From a virus (lineage: Duplodnaviria; Caudoviricetes), in IMG/VR virus record IMGVR_UViG_3300005670_000019: a stretch of 64,000 bases of DNA, one strand, 5' to 3'. Positions within the stretch are counted from its first letter, which is position 1. Each line of letters begins with the position of its first letter. This document shows, in pieces, positions 28,746 to 39,432 of the stretch. A model generated the notes under the pieces. The model made no database searches and was not told where the DNA came from. It worked only from the letters and a program-made list of their open reading frames with translations. A program made the translations under genes and the position numbers.

Positions 28746-29444
28746 TCAGATTGATCCAGTGATTTCTGTAACAAGAATGCTGTTACCAGCCGAGTCATTA
28801 CTGAAAATAACTGAAACAGGTCCAATATAGTCAAACGGAACTTCATAATATCCGTTGTTTGAAAGACGAACTGTGTATTGTGACGTAGAAGCAACATCAG
28901 CAAGAGAAAGATAGCAGATGTTCGTTCCTTCTTTCCAGAATGTTGCACCTCTTCGGGTCGGTCGAAGTGGAAGCATTGTGTAAGAAGTTAGGCTCGCTGC
29001 CGCCGAAGAAACGTTTGTGTTAATTGCGCCAGGATTTAGAACTGATGCTGTTCCAACAACTGTGATTTGAGAAGAGCCCAAAAGTGTTGCATAAACAGAA
29101 CCAGTAACTCCTTCTGCCCAACCACCAACATAAATGGATTGTGTTGTCGGAAGGTTTGTAACAGAAACCGAAGGAGTTCCAAGGATAGTTGAATAAACAG
29201 ATCCAGTTACTCCCGAATCCCAACCTGCAATTTGAACTGATTGAGTAGCTACTGAAGTTGCACTGAAATTTCCTGAAACAACAAGAGCACCATCACTATC
29301 AATTTTTAGAAACTGTGCTCCAGTTGAACCTGAAGCCATGGCGAGAAAACCCACAGTTGACGAAGCAATAGCTGTAGATGATGAAACTGCAACTTCAACA
29401 CCTGTTGAAGCAAACAAGACACTAACTGGTGATTCAAGAGGCAT
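28746..29444 (-). CDS. S/T/G-rich structural protein
   Basis: internal repeat GWDSGVTGSVY / GWAEGVTGSVY. Confidence 0.6.
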   Translation of the reverse strand: MPLESPVSVLFASTGVEVAVSSSTAIASSTVGFLAMASGSTGAQFLKIDSDGALVVSGNFSATSVATQSVQIAGWDSGVTGSVYSTILGTPSVSVTNLPTTQSIYVGGWAEGVTGSVYATLLGSSQITVVGTASVLNPGAINTNVSSAAASLTSYTMLPLRPTRRGATFWKEGTNICYLSLADVASTSQYTVRLSNNGYYEVPFDYIGPVSVIFSNDSAGNSILVTEITGSI

Positions 29445-29484
29445 ACATTACCGGACCTTTTCCTGAATGATAAATATGATGATA

Positions 29485-29949
29485 TTATCCAACTACTGAA
29501 CGTTCTCTAGAGATTTCAAATACTCCATCATAAGAAATCGTATCTGTTATGGTTCTTAGAACTGTATTTGCACCCGTGCCGTTGTAAAGTCGCAAAATAA
29601 TCTGATCAGGAACAATCGAAGAGGAAGAATAAACAAACTCTTTTTCAACAAGTTTTATCACTTTTGTGTTGTCAGTATACCATGTGACTGTTTCTGGAAA
29701 TGGAAAACCTTCGATTTCACGATAACCTGCTGTTTGATGCTGTGTTGAAACAAGTAAAAATAATCTAACAATGTAATCAATCGTATTTTGGGTACTTGAA
29801 AAGTTTACACCAACTTTTGTCTCAATGGCATTGATTGCATCATTCGCATTGATATGCTGATCACTATGTCTTAGTCCAGGTGTGTTTAGAACATCACCAC
29901 CAGAAGGGCTAATCAAGTTATCTAATGATGTAGGAAAATTAGACGGCAT
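29485..29949 (-). CDS. fibre-related structural protein
   Basis: N-terminal NFPTSLD...H...NDAINAIETKVG typical of phage fibre N-termini. Confidence 0.55.
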   Translation of the reverse strand: MPSNFPTSLDNLISPSGGDVLNTPGLRHSDQHINANDAINAIETKVGVNFSSTQNTIDYIVRLFLLVSTQHQTAGYREIEGFPFPETVTWYTDNTKVIKLVEKEFVYSSSSIVPDQIILRLYNGTGANTVLRTITDTISYDGVFEISRERSVVG

Positions 29950-30054
29950 TCTTCAATCTTCAACAAGCTAAGTAGAGGATGGTGTTGTCTCCTCTAATTG
30001 GTTATGTTCCATTACTTGATAATAATCAATGATAATGAACAGAATTTAGTTGGA

Positions 30055-30618
30055 TCAACCTCTCAAAAGAGTTTTTCCGTTATGATTTTGCCCTTGTTCG
30101 ATAACCGCTGAACGAGGAACAAGGATCACTCCCTCAAAGAGAGTTTCAACAGCAACCAAAGTTTTCAGATCATGTGGGTTAATCTTTCCAAGATCGAGAA
30201 CTTCATTTCCACGTAGTTCATAACATTTTTCTGAACCTTTCAAAACAAATTGCTTATTTGAAAGGTTTTTCAGTTGTCCGACTTTTCTTACAACATTTAT
30301 CGTGTATTCACCATCGGCTTTATACACCATTTTATAGAAATCATGACCTTCAACCAATCTGACTGTTTGGTGAGATTGGTTTGGTTGGTGGTGTATTTGT
30401 CCGTTTGCTATTCTTTGTTGAAGAATAGCCATTGGATCAATATCTCCTGTTCCTCTATTCGGAACAGGATTTCCAGGGACTCCTTGAAGTAGTTTTTCAA
30501 TGTCCACATTACTGTGGGCTGGTTCATAATGAGGCAAGTCAGCAATGTTTTTACTTTGATTGAAACGCTGCTTATCTCTCATATACCTATCAAACCAATC
30601 GTCATCATTATCGCTCAT
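30055..30618 (-). CDS. hypothetical protein
   Basis: 187-aa ORF. Confidence 0.6.
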   Translation of the reverse strand: MSDNDDDWFDRYMRDKQRFNQSKNIADLPHYEPAHSNVDIEKLLQGVPGNPVPNRGTGDIDPMAILQQRIANGQIHHQPNQSHQTVRLVEGHDFYKMVYKADGEYTINVVRKVGQLKNLSNKQFVLKGSEKCYELRGNEVLDLGKINPHDLKTLVAVETLFEGVILVPRSAVIEQGQNHNGKTLLRG

Positions 30619-30621
30619 TTT

Positions 30622-31728
30622 TCAATCCTCAATACAGTTTAGCAACTTTAGAACTCTTTTTCTTCTTGCGCCATCAGTAGCAACACTCATTCCATGTTGA
30701 GAAATTAGATTGACAATCTCTGGCGTTGCTCCTTCTTCTTTGGCTACTTGAAACACCTTCATTATTGTTTGAAATGATGACCTATTTCCTGTTGCAACCC
30801 AAGACTGAATTGGGGCAATGATGGACTTCAAAGAAATCTCATTGAGCTCTCTTTTGATTTGCTCATAAGTGATTTTCTTTCGACTATCATCAAGCGTTCT
30901 AATATCAGTATCTTTTTCTTTCTTTACCCATCGTCTTGGTTTTACAAGATAAGCAGAACTAAATGGAGACATATCCACAACGTCATCATCAAGTTCTGGA
31001 TCACCCAAAAGAAGCGGTTCAGTTTCTTGTCTGATCGTGTCCACTGTCTGGTCGGTTATAGCCTTTGCAGAAGCCGATCGTAAATACCAGCGAGTTGGGT
31101 CCGCTTGTTCTTCTAGCTCGCCTTGGAGGGCTGGTTTTGGATTGCTCAAAACCAATCTGTTGGCATCAACCGGAACAGTGTAAAGGTGACCCTGTTGATA
31201 CATACTTGTTGACTCATAGTCATTAGGTGTATTCAATGGCTCACTGTCAGCAAGAATATCATCCAATTCACTATCAACATGTTCTACTTCATATGGTTCT
31301 TTTCGGTCTTGAGGAACAAAGTTTTGTGGTTTTGCAAACCACATTCTTTTTGGAGTTCCTGGCAAATCAAAGTAATTTTGATCTGCTGGTGTTCTTTGAG
31401 TTCCATATGCATATGGAGCAAGCTGCTCAAAGAGTTCATCATCTTCTTTTGAAGCTCTTTCTAAATCTGTCAAGTTGTCTGGTCCTGCACCCGGACCATT
31501 TACAGTTGCAGGAAAAGAATAGTCATACCCACCATCCCATTTTCCAAGAACTTCTTCTTCGTGTTCAATGTTTTGATTGACTTCAGAATCTTCCTGATTT
31601 GTCATTTTTTGAACAGAAGGATCAAGTGGAGCTGCCATTTGGTTTTGATTTCCAAATCCCCAAGGCTTTCCATTTCCAAGAAATGTTTGTGCCCCAGCCA
31701 ACACTCCTGTACTAACTTGTTTCTTCAT
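30622..31728 (-). CDS. acidic hypothetical protein, possible head-associated protein
   Basis: 368 aa; TACTTA 5 nt before the ATG; internal KKITYEQIKRELNE. Confidence 0.65.
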   Translation of the reverse strand: MKKQVSTGVLAGAQTFLGNGKPWGFGNQNQMAAPLDPSVQKMTNQEDSEVNQNIEHEEEVLGKWDGGYDYSFPATVNGPGAGPDNLTDLERASKEDDELFEQLAPYAYGTQRTPADQNYFDLPGTPKRMWFAKPQNFVPQDRKEPYEVEHVDSELDDILADSEPLNTPNDYESTSMYQQGHLYTVPVDANRLVLSNPKPALQGELEEQADPTRWYLRSASAKAITDQTVDTIRQETEPLLLGDPELDDDVVDMSPFSSAYLVKPRRWVKKEKDTDIRTLDDSRKKITYEQIKRELNEISLKSIIAPIQSWVATGNRSSFQTIMKVFQVAKEEGATPEIVNLISQHGMSVATDGARRKRVLKLLNCIED

Positions 31729-31827
31729 AAAGATAAGTAGTTGGGTTTATTTCATGTTAGATTTTTTCTTTTTGCTCTCATTTGAAATGATAATCCGGTA
31801 TGTTATGATATAGTGATTGGAGTACAA

Positions 31828-32442
31828 ATGAAATACGAATATAACATTGACAAGAGACTTTTCATTCAAGACGAAAACTGGCAGTTTGGAATGCCTGGGG
31901 TGATCTATGTTAGAGATGAATTCAACATGGAAATGGCTGCCCAATTTATCAATGAATTGAATGTTCTTTGTCATACAGGTCAAGACGTCATCCCAATTGT
32001 TATCAACTCTCCGGGCGGAGATGTTTATGCTCTTCTAGAGATGGTGGATGCATTAGAAAACTGCGGGAAGAAGATTTTGACATATGTTAGCGGTCATGCA
32101 ATGTCAGCCGGAGCTTTCCTTGCAGCATGTGGCGATCAGGGATTGAGATATGCATCAATAAACAGTGACATCATGGTTCACCAAATGTCTTCTGGTGTTA
32201 TTGGTAAAACAGAAGACATTGTCTCTTTTGCTGACGGTGCCAAGAGAGTAAATGAACACCTGTTCAAACTTCTTGATAGAAAGACCGGACAAAAGGATGG
32301 ATATTGGAAAGAGTTATTGAAAAATAATGACCATGCGGATATGTTTCTCTCACCATCTCAAGCAAAAGAACATAATCTCATAAATCAAATCGGTACTCCA
32401 AAAATGACAGTGGACGTATCTGTAAAGATAACGGTGAAATGA
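31828..32442 (+). CDS. clpP: ClpP-family serine protease
   Basis: INSPGG, AMSAG (Ser), MVHQ (His), DMFLS (Asp). Confidence 0.9.
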   Translation: MKYEYNIDKRLFIQDENWQFGMPGVIYVRDEFNMEMAAQFINELNVLCHTGQDVIPIVINSPGGDVYALLEMVDALENCGKKILTYVSGHAMSAGAFLAACGDQGLRYASINSDIMVHQMSSGVIGKTEDIVSFADGAKRVNEHLFKLLDRKTGQKDGYWKELLKNNDHADMFLSPSQAKEHNLINQIGTPKMTVDVSVKITVK

Positions 32443-32443
32443 T

Positions 32444-32731
32444 ATGACGACTGCTTATGTTCAAGAGTGGAAAAAGAAAGTAAATGGAACCATGTATCCA
32501 CTTGGTTTCTATGTTTACCCAACAATTGATATGTGTGTTTTTGATACACAAGCAAGGGTACAGGGACAGCAAATAAAATTGGTCGGAAACCAAAATCAAT
32601 TTCATCCCGTAAGGGAATTTACAGCACCGGATGGTCCTATAAAAACGGTCGAAATTTCGAGGGAAATGTTCGAAAAAGTAAAGCAAACAAGGGGCTACTT
32701 TGTCGAGTCACTTATTGATCTTAGAACCTGA
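32444..32731 (+). CDS. hypothetical protein
   Basis: 95-aa ORF. Confidence 0.55.
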   Translation: MTTAYVQEWKKKVNGTMYPLGFYVYPTIDMCVFDTQARVQGQQIKLVGNQNQFHPVREFTAPDGPIKTVEISREMFEKVKQTRGYFVESLIDLRT

Positions 32732-32746
32732 CGATTCCTGCATTCC

Positions 32747-32775
32747 TTGAATTTCATCAAAATCTGTGCTATAGT
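32747..32775 (+). promoter_or_regulatory. TTGAAT-N17-TATAGT promoter
   Basis: extended -10 TGC; 6 nt to the ATG. Confidence 0.7.
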
Positions 32776-32781
32776 GGAAGT

Positions 32782-33567
32782 ATGAATAAAGAACACCTAC
32801 TTCACCGGAAGCGCCATATCGTTGTGGGCGACATTCACGGGTGCTTTGACGAGTTTCAAGACCTTCTAAAGAAGGTGTCCTACGATGAGGACAGCGACCA
32901 CCTTGTTTTGGTCGGCGACCTTGTTGACAGGGGACCAAAGAGTATGGAGGTCGTTGATTGGGCAATGAAGCGAAATGCCGTTGTCAACGTTGTTCAAGGA
33001 AATCATGAAGCGAAGCATCTTCGTTTCTTCCGACATGAACAAAAGAAGATTCATAATCGGCACTACAAGAACCCGATGAAGATGCCAGAATATATTCTGG
33101 AAGCTTACAACTCCTTGACGGATGACCATAGATGGTATCTAAAGAAGCTGCCATTTTATCTTCGACTCCCGGAGTTTAATTTGGTGGTTGTTCATGGAGG
33201 CTTGCTCCCTGGCAAGAAGGTTCAAGATCATACTCCAGAACAGATCATCTATACTCGTTATCTTGATAACGATAACTTTACGCAAGTTCAACTTGGACCT
33301 CCTCCGGATTTCAAGCCGAAGGAAAATACGTCTTTCTGGACGAACTTTTGGGATGGAGCAGAGAACGTAGCTTTTGGTCATCACGTTTTTGACCTTGAAA
33401 AGGTTCTTGAACTTCCATCCGCAAATCAGGGAATTTGCTACGCGCTTGACACCGGATGCTGTTTTGGTGGAAAGCTTACGGCAATGATTCTTGAACGTGG
33501 GACGCAAGCGCCCTCGTTTGAGCAAGTTGATGCAAGAAAGGAATATTTCAGTCATTCAAATGACTGA
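32782..33567 (+). CDS. calcineurin-like metallophosphoesterase (PrpA/ApaH-like)
   Basis: GDIHG, GDLVDRG, GNHE, HGG, FGH, LDTGC. Confidence 0.92.
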   Translation: MNKEHLLHRKRHIVVGDIHGCFDEFQDLLKKVSYDEDSDHLVLVGDLVDRGPKSMEVVDWAMKRNAVVNVVQGNHEAKHLRFFRHEQKKIHNRHYKNPMKMPEYILEAYNSLTDDHRWYLKKLPFYLRLPEFNLVVVHGGLLPGKKVQDHTPEQIIYTRYLDNDNFTQVQLGPPPDFKPKENTSFWTNFWDGAENVAFGHHVFDLEKVLELPSANQGICYALDTGCCFGGKLTAMILERGTQAPSFEQVDARKEYFSHSND

Positions 33568-33575
33568 ATGAATTG

Positions 33576-33953
33576 ATGACTTATATCAAATCAAAACCAT
33601 ACACCAAACATAGTAAACTAGCCATCGAGTTTTTCAACAAGCAAAAACCGGCTAGTTTAGTTTTATTTGAACTTTCCCTAATGAAAGGCGAAGTCTCTTT
33701 TAGGAGTTTCGACTATCTCAAATGGAAAGATTGCATGACTAAAAGTAATTCGGCAACATTACGCTTTGTGCAAAGTCCTTTTGGGAAACTTATAAAGTTT
33801 CCTCCAACGGAAAAAGAGCAAGATATTGCACTAATCTTTGTTGAACAACACAAAGATGAAGAAGTAACTTGTTTTTTCCTGCCTTCACACCAAACCTATG
33901 TGCTTATGAATTCAAAAGAAGCTTTTTTCTACCTAAAAAAGGTTATTGAATGA
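33576..33953 (+). CDS. hypothetical protein
   Basis: ORF coupled to the next gene. Confidence 0.5.
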   Translation: MTYIKSKPYTKHSKLAIEFFNKQKPASLVLFELSLMKGEVSFRSFDYLKWKDCMTKSNSATLRFVQSPFGKLIKFPPTEKEQDIALIFVEQHKDEEVTCFFLPSHQTYVLMNSKEAFFYLKKVIE

Positions 33954-34306
33954 CATTCGAAGAAAAATCTACCTTCATTTCCACCCTAAAGATTGGTGAA
34001 GTGATTCAGATATCTTCTGAAGATAAGATCAGTTTTATTGAAATTGATTACCATCAATGGGCAAGTCAAGAGCCAAGAATTGATCCTAGAGATATGCTAA
34101 GCGATAGCTATATTGTAATTGATCCACCATTCACCAGAAACATAATTCTGCTTGAAACGTTCAGTAGACACGTAGTGCAAATTCCTAGCTCAAATACAAC
34201 AAAAGTTCTTGTTATTGGAATTTTCCTTGATTGTGAAACAAAGAAAATCTTCTATGAGAACTCAAGAGCCATTTATGCAATGACTGATTTTACTTTACAG
34301 AAGTAA
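33950..34306 (+). CDS. hypothetical protein
   Basis: 118-aa ORF. Confidence 0.55.
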   Translation: MTFEEKSTFISTLKIGEVIQISSEDKISFIEIDYHQWASQEPRIDPRDMLSDSYIVIDPPFTRNIILLETFSRHVVQIPSSNTTKVLVIGIFLDCETKKIFYENSRAIYAMTDFTLQK

Positions 34307-34460
34307 GTTGTTCTAAAGGATCTAAAACGCTTTCTGCGAAGTTATCACAAAGAGCCTGTAGGCTCTTTTCTATTTGTTCACGTTCATCTTTTGGAAGTTC
34401 TTCCAAGACTTTTTTGAACTGCTTTGTTGAGCGGATTTGATCCCAAACTTTATTTTTCAT
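34290..34460 (-). CDS. small helical protein (56 aa) downstream of the tape-measure gene, not in the ORF track
   Basis: MKNKVWDQIRSTKQFKKVLEELPKDEREQIEKSLQALCDNFAESVLDPLEQLTSVK. Confidence 0.55.
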   Translation of the reverse strand: MKNKVWDQIRSTKQFKKVLEELPKDEREQIEKSLQALCDNFAESVLDPLEQLTSVK

Positions 34461-34473
34461 TGACTATACCCCA

Positions 34474-37400
34474 TTATGTTTCCCTGTAATCAGGGTCGAT
34501 TGTAAACCTTGTTCCCCCTGGTCTTCCAATCAAATGCTCCTCAAACTCATCTGCATCAAGTTTGACATTTACTGTCAAATCTACTTTGAAGCTTCTGTTC
34601 TTGATTGTGTATTCTTGTCTTTTCGTTGCTGAAAGACCAAGATCAGAAGCTAGACGTTTCAAGGAGACATTGACATTGTCAAATCTAACTCCCTTGAGCG
34701 CAGCAGAGATTTCATTCACACTCTCAATCATACTTTCAACTCTTGTAGCAATGGAGCCTTCTGGTCCTTTCAGTTGCTCAAACATTTCAACACTATCGTT
34801 GATTGCTCCAAACGCTTGTGGTATTTTCGTAATTGCATCCAAAGATTTTGAAAAACTTTCGACTTTTGTATTTATTCCTCTTGGAATTGCATTGAAGACT
34901 TCGAGTTTTGGAACAAGACCTTGGATGAAACTGATTACACTGAAGTTTCCATCTCCATAAATAAAGCCTTGAAAAGTCTTTAGCCTTTGCGCAACCTCTG
35001 AATAAGAGGCTTTTTCATTTCCTCCCTGACCGAAGTCTCGAAGGGATTTGAACATTTCAGGAATACGTGTTATAAGACCGAAAAAGTCACCAAGAGCTTC
35101 GAAACCAGCTTTCAAGTTCTTGACTTGATTTTGTTTCAAGTTCTTGAAACTTTCAACGGACACTTGAATTATACCTTGCACAGCACCTAACAAAGGTCCA
35201 AAGAAACCTTCACTAATAGCTCTCAATTCACTTGCAATCGTTGTTCCTTGAGGCAGATTTTTGAACATATCTTGAAATGCAAGGAGTTCTGCAAGAGTTC
35301 CGATTGCAAGGAATACTGATCCAATTGCTTTTGACACGTCTGCAACAACGCGAGCTTGTCCTTCACTCAAACCTTGTGTTTCTTGAGCGATTCTCTTTAC
35401 AAGATCAGATGCAGCAGAGAAGATTGATGGTTCACCAGCGCGTCCCATGATTCCTTGGACGAAAGCAGAAATAAATGTTCGAAGTCGTGGAGCAACATCT
35501 GCTAGATCCTCAGCATCATTTCCATATTGTCGACGGATTACGTTTGCCATACCAGAAGCAAGAGAAGAAATGCTTCTCAAAATTTCACTGATTACTGTTG
35601 CTGCTCTTTGCGCGTCTTCCCCAAAAACAAGTCCTCTTGAAAGAGTTGCAAACTGTTCACCAACAGTTTTGAAGGTTCCTGACAGAGCTGTAGAGATTTG
35701 GCTAATATAGTCTCCAAGAGCACGAATACGAGATGAAGCCGTGTCTCCTGATAGAGTATCAAGCCAGCCAGTATCGAAGAGTTCTGGTGGTGGTTGAAGT
35801 GCTTTGGCTGCTCCCATTACACTTCCAAGAGTATTTGCCAAAGTTTCAGCACCTTGAAGAGCTTGTGGACCTCTATTTGAAAGTGACTTCGCTTGATTGA
35901 CAAACTGATCAATCATTCCGGTCATCTCTCCTCCAAGAGATTTTACAAACTCCTTTGCTTGATTGAGTTTTTGGGTAAATGACGGACCTCCAAATAGAAG
36001 TTCTCCAAATGAAGGAGTTGCGGCTGTCATAATTGAAGAAATAGATCCAGCCATTTCTCCAACTGTTCCGAGAATAGAAGTGAAGGTTTGAGTTTGACGT
36101 TCAAATCCTGCATCCAAAGGGATCGTTTTGATGTTCTCAATGATAGCAAGGACTGTTCCTGTCATCTTCATGATAACACCCTGGATGGCGTCAAATCCTG
36201 CTGCCATTGCAACTCCACCGGCTCCAGCAGTTGCAAGAATGAAAGTTCCAACACCAGCAGCAACAGCAGTTACCGCGGATGCAGCTAAGAAAATACCACT
36301 AGTAGCAAACATTATTTTTGTTGCTTTATTGATATCACTTTCTTTATAACCCTTGAAAGCTTCAATCATTTCTTTTGCTGCATATCCCATTCCTAAAGCA
36401 ACCAAAGAAACAGCTCCAAGACCAAGAGCTATTTGAACTCCCATAGCTGGTGCTAGTTGACCCACAGAAGCAAGAATGTACATAATTCCAGCAACTTCAG
36501 CCATAACAAGACCAGATGCGATAAACAATCCGGCTGTTGCTGCCATGGTTCCTGGTTTGATGTTTTGTTGTTGAATGATTGTTGCAACGCCAGCCATTGC
36601 AAGAGCAATTGCAGAAATACCAACCGTTATGAGTGTTCCAATTAGAACCATTTTAGCAACGGCAGCTCCAGTGATTGGAGACTTCTGTGCAACTTCACCT
36701 GCCTTTGCAGCGGCTCCAGTCGCCTCTGTAATCCCCTTCAAAGATGCGGCGCTCTTAGGACCCGTCGAAACATCTTTCACGACATTGGAGAGCCCGTGGA
36801 GCCCTTGTTCGGCTGCTGCTTTGACTGCTCGTCCTGTAAACGCATTCTTCACGGCTCGTGCAACTGCTCCTCCGAGAGCAACAAGCAAAGCACCGCCAAA
36901 TCCACGAACAACGGCTCCGATTGCAGCAGGACCGAAGGCAGCTCCAAAAATCCAAGGCAGAGCCTTTTTCAAATAAGGTTCAAGTCTTTCACCAATTGCC
37001 CCAAACAGTTGTTTTGTTGCATCCCAAAGAGCAGGAAGGACATTTTTGATAAGTTCTGATCCCGCCGGAGCAAGAGCAGCAAATATTTCACCGAAGAAAC
37101 CACCAGCAGCTCCAGCGCCAGATTTCAGTCCAGCAATTGCAGCAGAAGGATCTTTGATAAAGTCAGCAAGGAACTTCACACCTTTTGTTACACCCTTTAC
37201 AGCAGCAAGTCCAATCTGTCCAAAGATTACCAACATACTCTTTGAGAAAGTTTTGAAACCATCAAGAACTTTTCTTCCTGTAGAGGATTGAGTGTCAAAG
37301 AAGTTGAAAAAGTTATCTTTCAGTTTCTTTAGAAGATTTGGCAATGCCGTTTGAGGGTTTGTTGTCATCTCCTTGAAGAAATCTTTGAAACTGTCTCGAA

Positions 37401-39063
37401 CAGAACCGAGCATCTTTCGCCAACGTCCTCTTTCAAACAGTTCAGCCATGCCTTTGAACATGTCAGCAACACCAGGGAAGAACTTCATGAAATCACGACC
37501 AACACGAATACCCGTATGGAACGTATCTTGCATTGCTCTTCGAAGGTTCATTATGACTTTTCGGAATTCCCATGAACGCTCAATTCCCTTTTCAAAACCT
37601 TTCAAGAAGATTTGAAGGAAACTTCCATTGAGTTGAGCACCTTGACGAACAAGACGCTCAATGGAGTTGGAAAGCTTCTGCATTGCTTCCGCTTGAGAAA
37701 GTTGTTGCTTCTGTGTTGCTTGAGCTTGTTTCTGAATGTCTGCATATGAAACAGCTTGACTTTTTTGGGAGAATGCAAGACTGAGTGTCGCATCATCAAG
37801 ATTTGTTTGTTGAGCAAGAAGGGCACGTTCCTGACGTGTCATTGTTTCAATGCTCTTTCCGGTTGCGAAGAATGCTTTTCTCATCCTTTCTATTCGAGAG
37901 GCAGGATCCTGATCTTTCAACTGTTCAAGAACATCAATATTCAAGCCGAATGCTTGATTGAGCTGAGCAACACTCTCAGCAGCACTTTCAAAGTTATCGA
38001 ACTTGTCAATAACTCCAAGAAGTCCTTTGACATCAATTCCCAATTTCTTCGCATAGACAGAGATTCCAGAAAGAACTTCAGGAGCAATGTTACCAAAGTT
38101 CTTGAAGTCTGTCATCATCTCTCCAACATCACGAGAAATGACTTTGCCATTGATACCAAATGCTTCACCCATTTGGTAAGCTGTTGATGTAACTCTTCTT
38201 CCTTGTTCTTGGAAAGTGGTTCCCATTGCAAGAGCTCTTTGTCCAAAAGCAACCATTGCCTGTTCACTCAAACCAAGACCCTTTTGATAAGCAAAGAACT
38301 CTTCAGCACTTGAAGCAAGTTCGTTTTTCAATTGATAGAAAGTCGGACCAAGCTCACGTGCCATACGATGAACTTCCTTCAATCTCTCAGCAAAGAAACC
38401 CATGGTTCGTGTTACAGACAAACCAGTATTTGAAAGTTCACCTTGAACACTTCTAAATCCATCAATGATCGCCTTGCTTTCGTTTCTTGCAAGGTCACCG
38501 AAGTTCTTACGGATTGCTTCAAGCTCTTGACGAAACTCATTTGAACCTTGCGTTACTTGATTCATCAAATGAGACAAGATTTTGAATGGAATAGAAATCA
38601 GAGACATGCCAAAATTGGCTACAGTCTTTACTCCCTGAGATATGACACCAAAGAACCTTTGAGCAGAGTGAATACTGAACTTGAAACCTTGAATAGCACC
38701 GTCAAGTCCGGCAACTAGTCCAAGAGCAAATGGAGAAGTGAGTTTGTCCAGTGTTGTAAGTGACTTTCCAAGAGCACCAGATTGTTTCACAGCGTTAGCA
38801 ATCTGTCCAGCCATCTTATCCATCCCTTGTCCACCTTGATCAGTTGCTTTTTGAGCAGCCATACCAAGTGCTTCAACCAAGGAGTTTGTTGTTTCAAGAC
38901 CTCTGTTGACTTCATCCGTATCAGTGATTTTTGAAATAGCGGCAGCAATGCTTCGAGCTGTAGCAATTGAACGACTTTCAAGATTTGAGATTTCTTGAAG
39001 CGTCTTCTTTCTTTCACTCAACAGTTCGTTGATTTTCTGTGCTGTTTCAATTGGATCAGCCAT
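34474..39063 (-). CDS. tail tape-measure protein
   Basis: 1529 aa, Ala/Gly-rich helical, central hydrophobic segments, FDNFESAAE...LNQAFG motif; tail chaperones upstream on the same strand. Confidence 0.85.
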   Translation of the reverse strand: MADPIETAQKINELLSERKKTLQEISNLESRSIATARSIAAAISKITDTDEVNRGLETTNSLVEALGMAAQKATDQGGQGMDKMAGQIANAVKQSGALGKSLTTLDKLTSPFALGLVAGLDGAIQGFKFSIHSAQRFFGVISQGVKTVANFGMSLISIPFKILSHLMNQVTQGSNEFRQELEAIRKNFGDLARNESKAIIDGFRSVQGELSNTGLSVTRTMGFFAERLKEVHRMARELGPTFYQLKNELASSAEEFFAYQKGLGLSEQAMVAFGQRALAMGTTFQEQGRRVTSTAYQMGEAFGINGKVISRDVGEMMTDFKNFGNIAPEVLSGISVYAKKLGIDVKGLLGVIDKFDNFESAAESVAQLNQAFGLNIDVLEQLKDQDPASRIERMRKAFFATGKSIETMTRQERALLAQQTNLDDATLSLAFSQKSQAVSYADIQKQAQATQKQQLSQAEAMQKLSNSIERLVRQGAQLNGSFLQIFLKGFEKGIERSWEFRKVIMNLRRAMQDTFHTGIRVGRDFMKFFPGVADMFKGMAELFERGRWRKMLGSVRDSFKDFFKEMTTNPQTALPNLLKKLKDNFFNFFDTQSSTGRKVLDGFKTFSKSMLVIFGQIGLAAVKGVTKGVKFLADFIKDPSAAIAGLKSGAGAAGGFFGEIFAALAPAGSELIKNVLPALWDATKQLFGAIGERLEPYLKKALPWIFGAAFGPAAIGAVVRGFGGALLVALGGAVARAVKNAFTGRAVKAAAEQGLHGLSNVVKDVSTGPKSAASLKGITEATGAAAKAGEVAQKSPITGAAVAKMVLIGTLITVGISAIALAMAGVATIIQQQNIKPGTMAATAGLFIASGLVMAEVAGIMYILASVGQLAPAMGVQIALGLGAVSLVALGMGYAAKEMIEAFKGYKESDINKATKIMFATSGIFLAASAVTAVAAGVGTFILATAGAGGVAMAAGFDAIQGVIMKMTGTVLAIIENIKTIPLDAGFERQTQTFTSILGTVGEMAGSISSIMTAATPSFGELLFGGPSFTQKLNQAKEFVKSLGGEMTGMIDQFVNQAKSLSNRGPQALQGAETLANTLGSVMGAAKALQPPPELFDTGWLDTLSGDTASSRIRALGDYISQISTALSGTFKTVGEQFATLSRGLVFGEDAQRAATVISEILRSISSLASGMANVIRRQYGNDAEDLADVAPRLRTFISAFVQGIMGRAGEPSIFSAASDLVKRIAQETQGLSEGQARVVADVSKAIGSVFLAIGTLAELLAFQDMFKNLPQGTTIASELRAISEGFFGPLLGAVQGIIQVSVESFKNLKQNQVKNLKAGFEALGDFFGLITRIPEMFKSLRDFGQGGNEKASYSEVAQRLKTFQGFIYGDGNFSVISFIQGLVPKLEVFNAIPRGINTKVESFSKSLDAITKIPQAFGAINDSVEMFEQLKGPEGSIATRVESMIESVNEISAALKGVRFDNVNVSLKRLASDLGLSATKRQEYTIKNRSFKVDLTVNVKLDADEFEEHLIGRPGGTRFTIDPDYRET

Positions 39064-39103
39064 ATTTTTGATATCTTTACCATCTTACAACAAATGGCAA
39101 TCA

Positions 39104-39109
39104 TAATTA
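39104..39109. promoter_or_regulatory. palindromic TAATTA, candidate shared late-promoter element
   Basis: variant of the TA(T/C)TTA motif in the 65-bp gap between divergent genes. Confidence 0.4.
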
Positions 39110-39128
39110 CATCTTAGATCGAACTTCT

Positions 39129-39428
39129 GTGAAAGAAGTTGAAACAAAGGACAAAATAGTGGCATACAAACTAAGCACACTTGGAAAGATTTTTTTTGCT
39201 GGTCTTGCAACAAAAATGGCACGAGAAATCGCGATGCCACTGAAACTAAAAGCAAGACCTGAACAAATACAGGCAATCACCGATGCCATTATGGCTTCAA
39301 AAGAGTTTCAGGATGAAATCAATAAACCTGGAGCAACGATTGAAGATGTGATTCAAAAGATGAAATTGAAGAACGTCAACAAGCAGTCTTTTGAGAAGAT
39401 TACAGGCAAACCTTGGCCATTAGGATGA
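39129..39428 (+). CDS. hypothetical protein
   Basis: 99-aa ORF, GTG start. Confidence 0.65.
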   Translation: MKEVETKDKIVAYKLSTLGKIFFAGLATKMAREIAMPLKLKARPEQIQAITDAIMASKEFQDEINKPGATIEDVIQKMKLKNVNKQSFEKITGKPWPLG

Positions 39429-39432
39429 GACA

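Noticed and set aside
22850-29949. diversity-generating retroelement target/template in the fibre genes
   Set aside because: No reverse transcriptase in the window, and no near-identical nucleotide repeat differing only at adenines was seen.
34562-38456. many short + strand ORFs opposite the tape-measure and fibre genes
   Set aside because: Antisense shadows of long real genes, with no independent signals.
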